Shown one piece after another: positions 25,202-30,092 of a stretch of DNA of 30,092 bases; position 1 is the stretch's first letter, and each line of letters begins with the position of its first letter. The stretch is from Candidatus Latescibacterota bacterium (lineage in GTDB: Bacteria > Latescibacterota > UBA2968 > GCA-2709665). The DNA lies in the NCBI GenBank assembly GCA_963662665.2, contig CAXXJS010000044.1:1-30092 (forward strand). Direction: 5' to 3'. The notes under the pieces were generated by a model. It saw only the letters and a program-made list of their open reading frames with translations, had not been told where the DNA came from and ran no database searches. Position numbers and translations under genes: made by a program.

Positions 25202-27553
25202 ATGAAATCTGCCGTGACAGAAGGCGTCTATTCGAAAGACAGTTACGAACCCAACCTCTGCACCCTGCAGGACGGATTTACCTGCTGGACCGCCTGGTCG
25301 GCATACGGCGCGGCGGGGTCCAGGGCATTCGTCCGGAAATTTGCCGGGGAAACGGCCTGTACTATTGAGTCGCTGTCGCCCAACAACACCATGCAGACGC
25401 GCCCGATCTGCATCCCGAACGGTGACGAGGCCGTGTTTGTCTGGCTGGAAAAGACCGGCCGCCAATACACGTTCCGGACACGCAGAAATGACGGGAATGG
25501 GTTCACTTCCTGCCGGGAGTGCCACGTCCTGCCTGCTTCGGCGAAGGTCTGGGAGCCACAGGCCCTCCTCGATGAAAGCGGCGCCCTCTGGATCTGCTGG
25601 GCACAGTCCGAAAAGGGAAAGAGCCGCATCCGAATCCTGAGGACCCTTCAGAATGGCACGTCCACAACCTGTTCGGCCGGAAACGGGAGTCGGTACAATT
25701 ATCGGCCCAGGATGGTCGAATGGGGATCGGAAGGCGTCTATATTGTCTGGGACAGCTACGTCGATCACACCTACGACGTCTATGGCTGCGCCGTCGGTCC
25801 GGCGGGCCCTCGGAAGGCGGTCAGAATCAGTTGCGATGAGGGATGGGAAAACAGGTCGAGCCTCTGCAGGGACACAGGCGGGGCGCTCTGGGCGGTGTGG
25901 GTGCGCGGCGTGGACGTCATGTACCGTCGAAGCACACTCCAGCAGAAGTACTCGCTTCGGGGCGCCCGGCTGGACGGCAGCGCATGGGAACCGCTGACGG
26001 GCTCGGACGGTGGGGCGGACATTGCGCCGCTGCACTACGGACTCTTAACCGAATTCCCCAAACCGCCCAATCTGGGGCATATGGGAAGGCGGCTCTTCCC
26101 CGTCCTTAAGAGCGCCCGGACCAGCGGTGTCTGGCTCTTTTACGAGGCCAAGGCCGACAGTGAGCAGGGAACGCTTACATCAAAGGGCCGCCTCTTCGGC
26201 CACCACTGCAAGAACGGCGACTGGTCGGAACCCCTCTGCGTGGCGGAAGGGAATGTCTTCTACGAACTTCCCCATAACGGTACGATCGGGACCGTGTTGC
26301 ACTTCCTTTCGCAGGACATGATCACCGATGAGCGGTACCTGGAAACGGTCCGCCTCTCGGCCGGCCTGTCTGTTGTTTCCGAGGAATACCGCCGCGTCGA
26401 CCTGGCCGAATGGAAGGAAGTCCGGTTGCCGTTTGACAACGCACGGGCGACGGCCCGGCCCCGCAACGAGTTGCCGGGTGGCGAAAGCGGTAGATACCAG
26501 CTCTACTGGGTGGACCTGCACTGCCACTCGGCGGCATCCATAGAAGTGGAGGGTGAGCCCGACGAACTGGGTCACTACGCGCGGGACAAGGCGCAGATCG
26601 ACGGACTGACCATCTCCGACAACGACAGTTTCTGGAACCTGCCCACCCGCCAGAACGTGAGGCACCTGAAGGACTACGAGTGGGATTACGTCAAGGGCAA
26701 TGCAATGGTTCTCGACGAACCTGGACGCTTCGCCATGTTTCCCGGCTACGAGATGACGATCACCGACCGGGTCGACTCCGGGCGGGACCACCGATCCGTG
26801 ATGTCGGACGACGACGAAATGGAAATGGACCTGCTCCACTTCAAGTACAAGGAGGCCCACTCGAAGGGCGCGCGGCATACCCATAAGGACACCAGGGAAT
26901 GTCTCGCCTGGTTCAAGGAAAATGGCTACCTTCCACTCCCCCACCCGCACAACGGGAAGTGGAACCTTTACGACACGGACGTGGAGTGGGGTGTCGACGT
27001 GTGCGCCGCATGGATGATCAACATCGACCTCTTCGACATCTACTACAAATATCTGGACGCGGGCCACAAGTTCGCGTTCACTGGAAGTGGAGACAGCCAC
27101 CACCGCAACCCTGGCCTGAGCGGCGCGCTCACCGGCATTTGGGCGGAACGGCTGGACCGTGCCGCCTTCCTGGACGCGATCAGGGCCAGGCGCTGTTACG
27201 CAACGGCCGGCCAGAAAATCATGATCGAATTCACGATCAACGATCGGATGATGGGCAGCTCGCTTGTCGTCAGGGACGACCCTGTACTGAAGTGGCGCGT
27301 CGTGGGCGAAGCGGGCCGCGAATACATCCTGCGCGTCCACCGGGACGGGCGTCTTATGTACGACGACCGGTTCACCGGGCGGACGCGGGGAGAGCGAAAA
27401 GAATTCCGACTGCGCCGCTACCGTCCCGGAAAGCACTACTACCAACTCGAAGTCCTGTCGCCGGAGCCTGTCCCGCAATACCCCAACAACGTCGCGCATG
27501 CGATGGGCGCCAGGGGATGGAGCACACCCATCTGGGTGGAAACATCGGAGTGA
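25202..27553 (+). CDS. PHP-like metallohydrolase (CehA/McbA/DUF3604-like) with an N-terminal beta-rich repeat region
   Basis: YWVDLHCHS, ISDND, FPGYE, PHPH, GSGDSH, GALTGIWAERLDR and RRCYATAG motifs; repeated xxVW strands in the N-terminal half. Start is ATG 25202 or 25136. Confidence 0.82.
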   Translation: MKSAVTEGVYSKDSYEPNLCTLQDGFTCWTAWSAYGAAGSRAFVRKFAGETACTIESLSPNNTMQTRPICIPNGDEAVFVWLEKTGRQYTFRTRRNDGNGFTSCRECHVLPASAKVWEPQALLDESGALWICWAQSEKGKSRIRILRTLQNGTSTTCSAGNGSRYNYRPRMVEWGSEGVYIVWDSYVDHTYDVYGCAVGPAGPRKAVRISCDEGWENRSSLCRDTGGALWAVWVRGVDVMYRRSTLQQKYSLRGARLDGSAWEPLTGSDGGADIAPLHYGLLTEFPKPPNLGHMGRRLFPVLKSARTSGVWLFYEAKADSEQGTLTSKGRLFGHHCKNGDWSEPLCVAEGNVFYELPHNGTIGTVLHFLSQDMITDERYLETVRLSAGLSVVSEEYRRVDLAEWKEVRLPFDNARATARPRNELPGGESGRYQLYWVDLHCHSAASIEVEGEPDELGHYARDKAQIDGLTISDNDSFWNLPTRQNVRHLKDYEWDYVKGNAMVLDEPGRFAMFPGYEMTITDRVDSGRDHRSVMSDDDEMEMDLLHFKYKEAHSKGARHTHKDTRECLAWFKENGYLPLPHPHNGKWNLYDTDVEWGVDVCAAWMINIDLFDIYYKYLDAGHKFAFTGSGDSHHRNPGLSGALTGIWAERLDRAAFLDAIRARRCYATAGQKIMIEFTINDRMMGSSLVVRDDPVLKWRVVGEAGREYILRVHRDGRLMYDDRFTGRTRGERKEFRLRRYRPGKHYYQLEVLSPEPVPQYPNNVAHAMGARGWSTPIWVETSE

Positions 27554-27599
27554 CTCAGATGATTATCCCGGTAGCCGAGACGCGGGCGACGGCAATCAG

Positions 27600-27624
27600 A
27601 AAAAGGCGGCCGTTGCCGGCCGCC
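27600..27624 (-). terminator. Rho-independent terminator of the Nramp-like gene
   Basis: Minus strand GGCGGCCG-GCAA-CGGCCGCC-TTTTT, about 30 nt after the stop, between convergent genes. Confidence 0.8.
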
Positions 27625-27653
27625 CCTGAGAATCTCCGCAACTGTCGCTTTAT

Positions 27654-28997
27654 TTAACGAGTCCAGCTCAAATACAGATTGATCGCGGTAAAGTTGACGA
27701 TCGCCCAGATCGTCAGCAGCAATGCGAGTTCCGTCCAGACGGACATCCGTTCCGCGTCCCCGGCTCGCATCGCCAGGTGTACCACGCCGTAGGCCATAGG
27801 GATCAGCAGCAGGTTGTTGGCGTTGGCTCCGATAAGTACCAGGCCCAGCGGGGCATCGGGGTTTGCAATGGTCACGCAGAGCCACAGAAAAGGGAAGGCG
27901 ATCTGCAAGGCCCTCAAGAGCCGAAGGCGAATCCCCTCGTCGTCCAGTCTGGCGACACCCGTCCGCCTGAGAAAATCCACGCTGATGCGCCCGGAACTTG
28001 CCGTAAAGACGAGGAGGGTTGAAAACAGAGTGCAGAAAGCGCCGAACATGAAGACGTTCTTGGTCCATGGCCCGATGCTTTGCGTAAAAATCAGTGATAC
28101 CTGCTCAACGACCTCCATGCCCTGGGGGACCACGTTCAGCTTCTTTAGAATGGAGGCGCCCAGCAGATAGTAGGCGCAGGTAATCACCAATGCGATCCCC
28201 GTGCAGACCAGCGCATCTGTTTTCAGCACCCTCATCCAGCCCCGATAGCGCGCACGCCACTCCGGCGTATCCTCACGTGGCCCCACAAAATCCGCATACC
28301 CCTTCTCCCGTACCCAGTAGGGATACATAAACAGCTCCACCGCCGTCGCGCCTACCGACCCCATCACGGCCATGGCGACGAACGCCCCGTCCGCGGGCAA
28401 GGCAAAGCGAAATCCCGAAAGCACCTCGGCGCCCCCCACGGCGTACGGCGTTGCCTGCATCGCAATCACGGACCCGATGACGACCAGGCTGAAGCTCGCG
28501 ACCAGTATCGTGATCATCCGTTCCAGGTCGGCGTAGAGGCCCCGGTACAGCAGCAACGAGATTGCCGAAAAAACCAGAATAGCCCAGACATTGTAAGGAA
28601 TGCCGGGAAAGAGGGTCACCATCAGTCCCGCCACGGACCCCAATATGCCGATCACGGCTATCATCACCGAGAAATAACCCAACACGCACAGCCAGGCCGC
28701 CCAGGAGGTATTCGCCAGACGCATTCCGGGCACGCGGTCCAGCACCTGTATCGTCGTACTGTTGTGCAAAACACACTGGCGCCCGAGTTCGAGCTGGATG
28801 AAAAATTTGACCAGACAGGCCAGGATCACCCCCCAGAGGAAGACGAAGCCCACCTCCGCCCCCATGCGGGTGGTTACCAGCAACTCGCCGGACCCGACCA
28901 CCGAACCCGACACGACCACGCCGGGTCCGATATTCCGCAACAATCCCCCCGCACCTCGCGGCGCGTCCCGAACCGGCCGTCTGCCAGCATTCTCCAT
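27654..28997 (-). CDS. Nramp-like (APC-fold) secondary transporter
   Basis: IGPGVVVSGSVVGSGEL, KFFIQLELGR, YPYWVREKG and TLFST motifs; about 11 TM segments; no DPGN motif. Confidence 0.82.
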   Translation of the reverse strand: MENAGRRPVRDAPRGAGGLLRNIGPGVVVSGSVVGSGELLVTTRMGAEVGFVFLWGVILACLVKFFIQLELGRQCVLHNSTTIQVLDRVPGMRLANTSWAAWLCVLGYFSVMIAVIGILGSVAGLMVTLFPGIPYNVWAILVFSAISLLLYRGLYADLERMITILVASFSLVVIGSVIAMQATPYAVGGAEVLSGFRFALPADGAFVAMAVMGSVGATAVELFMYPYWVREKGYADFVGPREDTPEWRARYRGWMRVLKTDALVCTGIALVITCAYYLLGASILKKLNVVPQGMEVVEQVSLIFTQSIGPWTKNVFMFGAFCTLFSTLLVFTASSGRISVDFLRRTGVARLDDEGIRLRLLRALQIAFPFLWLCVTIANPDAPLGLVLIGANANNLLLIPMAYGVVHLAMRAGDAERMSVWTELALLLTIWAIVNFTAINLYLSWTR

Positions 28998-29064
28998 AAA
29001 CGATTCCCGTATCTATTTCCTACACCGCACAGTTGGCGATGGGGCGAAGGCCAATTGTCCCGCG

Positions 29065-30092
29065 CTAGTACACCGGCAGATAGCGTTCCCGTTCCCACTG
29101 GTCGACGTGGAGATGGTACTCCGCCCACTCTTCGCGTTTCACCTGCACGTAATAGTCCGCATATTCCGTGCCGAGCGCATCCCGCAGCACATCGTCGGAC
29201 GCCAGGTGGTCGGCCGCCTCCGCCAGGGTACCGGGCAGCAGATCGATGCCCCGCGCTCTCAATTCGTTTTCTGGCACCTCATAGAGATTGCCCTCGTTGC
29301 GTTCACCAGGTTCCATTCGGTTTTCGATGCCGTCGAGCCCGGCCGCAAGCATTGCCGCGGCCGTGAGGTATGGATTTGCGGCCCCGTCGATTGCCCGGTT
29401 TTCGATGCGGCCCGCGTCGGGGATTCGGATCATCTGGGTCCGGTTCGATCCGCCGTAGGTGATGCAGATAGGCGCCCATGAGGCCCCTGAACGAGGTGCG
29501 CCCCTGGTGAGACGCTTGTAGCTGTTCACCAGCGGCGCGGAAACGGCGGAAATCGCCTTCGCGTGATTGAGGATGCCCGCCATGAACCAGTAGGCTTCCT
29601 TCGACAGACCGTTTTCATCCGCCTCGTCCAGGAACAGATTGGTCCTGTTCTCAGGATCCCACAGGCTCAGGTGATAGTGCGCTCCGCTTCCCGTGAGATG
29701 CGAAAACGGCTTGGGCATAAAGGTCGCGTGGTATCCGTACCGCTCCGCGTTTACTTTGACCATCCATCTGAAAAACGTCTGTCGATCCGCGGTCGTCAGC
29801 GCGTCGGAATAGGTCCAGTTGATCTCGAACTGGCAGTTTGCGTCTTCGTGGTCGTTGGCGTAGGGTTCCCATCCAAGTTCCTGCATGTACCCGATGAGCG
29901 TGGTCATTACATCCAGGTTGCGATGCAGCGTTACGAGATCGTAGCAAGGCTTTTCCAACGTGTCCAGCGGATCGGCCAGCGCATAGTTGTTCTGCTCGTC
30001 CTTCTTCAGGAGGATGAACTCAGCTTCCACGCCCAGATTCAACCGATATCCCTTCGCCTCCGCCTTCGCAAGTTGCCGCTGCAAAATCGTCC
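29065..30092 (-). CDS. glnT: GlnT / gamma-glutamylmethylamide synthetase-like glutamine synthetase homologue (5' end outside the window)
   Basis: GVEAEF, KPCYD, NDHEDANCQFE, ATFMPKPF, SGASWAP, NRTQMIRIP and DGAANPYL motifs. The frame is open to the window edge (..TILQRQL). Confidence 0.85.
   Translation of the reverse strand, partial: TILQRQLAKAEAKGYRLNLGVEAEFILLKKDEQNNYALADPLDTLEKPCYDLVTLHRNLDVMTTLIGYMQELGWEPYANDHEDANCQFEINWTYSDALTTADRQTFFRWMVKVNAERYGYHATFMPKPFSHLTGSGAHYHLSLWDPENRTNLFLDEADENGLSKEAYWFMAGILNHAKAISAVSAPLVNSYKRLTRGAPRSGASWAPICITYGGSNRTQMIRIPDAGRIENRAIDGAANPYLTAAAMLAAGLDGIENRMEPGERNEGNLYEVPENELRARGIDLLPGTLAEAADHLASDDVLRDALGTEYADYYVQVKREEWAEYHLHVDQWERERYLPVY

Noticed and set aside
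19783-27499. Long minus-strand ORFs (459, 358, 369 and 439 aa)
   Set aside because: Shadow frames of the hydantoinase and PHP genes, with no family motifs.
1-30092. CRISPR array, tRNA/rRNA, prophage or defence genes, recoded stop codons
   Set aside because: No regularly spaced direct repeats, RNA-gene signatures or phage/defence motifs were seen, and no gene looked interrupted by an in-frame stop. This was by eye only.

Overview
GC-rich bacterial window (about 60-65% GC by eye) with roughly 19 protein-coding genes; no rRNA, tRNA or CRISPR array was seen. From the left: a truncated secreted protein absent from the ORF track (likely a TolC-family protein with an N-terminal substrate-binding-like domain), an enolase-superfamily enzyme, an orphan RsbW-like anti-sigma kinase and RidA. 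Next is an intact IS630 element joined through a shared TA to a 162-bp non-autonomous element with the same ends, inserted at the stop codon of a sugar-phosphate isomerase. These are followed by a KvAP-like K+ channel, an NhaC-family transporter and a minus-strand envelope cluster (rhodanese, MauE/DoxX, TPR-FG-GAP-ASPIC/UnbV lipoprotein, CRTAC1/UnbV). Divergent from that cluster, behind a near-consensus sigma70 promoter and a hairpin-forming leader, is a 13-kb plus-strand run: DegT aminotransferase, large heparinase II/III-like protein, hydantoinase/oxoprolinase B and A, unknown polytopic membrane protein and PHP metallohydrolase. The window ends with an Nramp-like transporter and a truncated GlnT/GmaS-type glutamine synthetase homologue. 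The best candidates for undescribed biology are the 13-kb catabolic-looking run with its leader, the rhodanese-MauE-UnbV cluster and the MITE-IS630 tandem. All family calls come from motif recognition by eye, with no database search.
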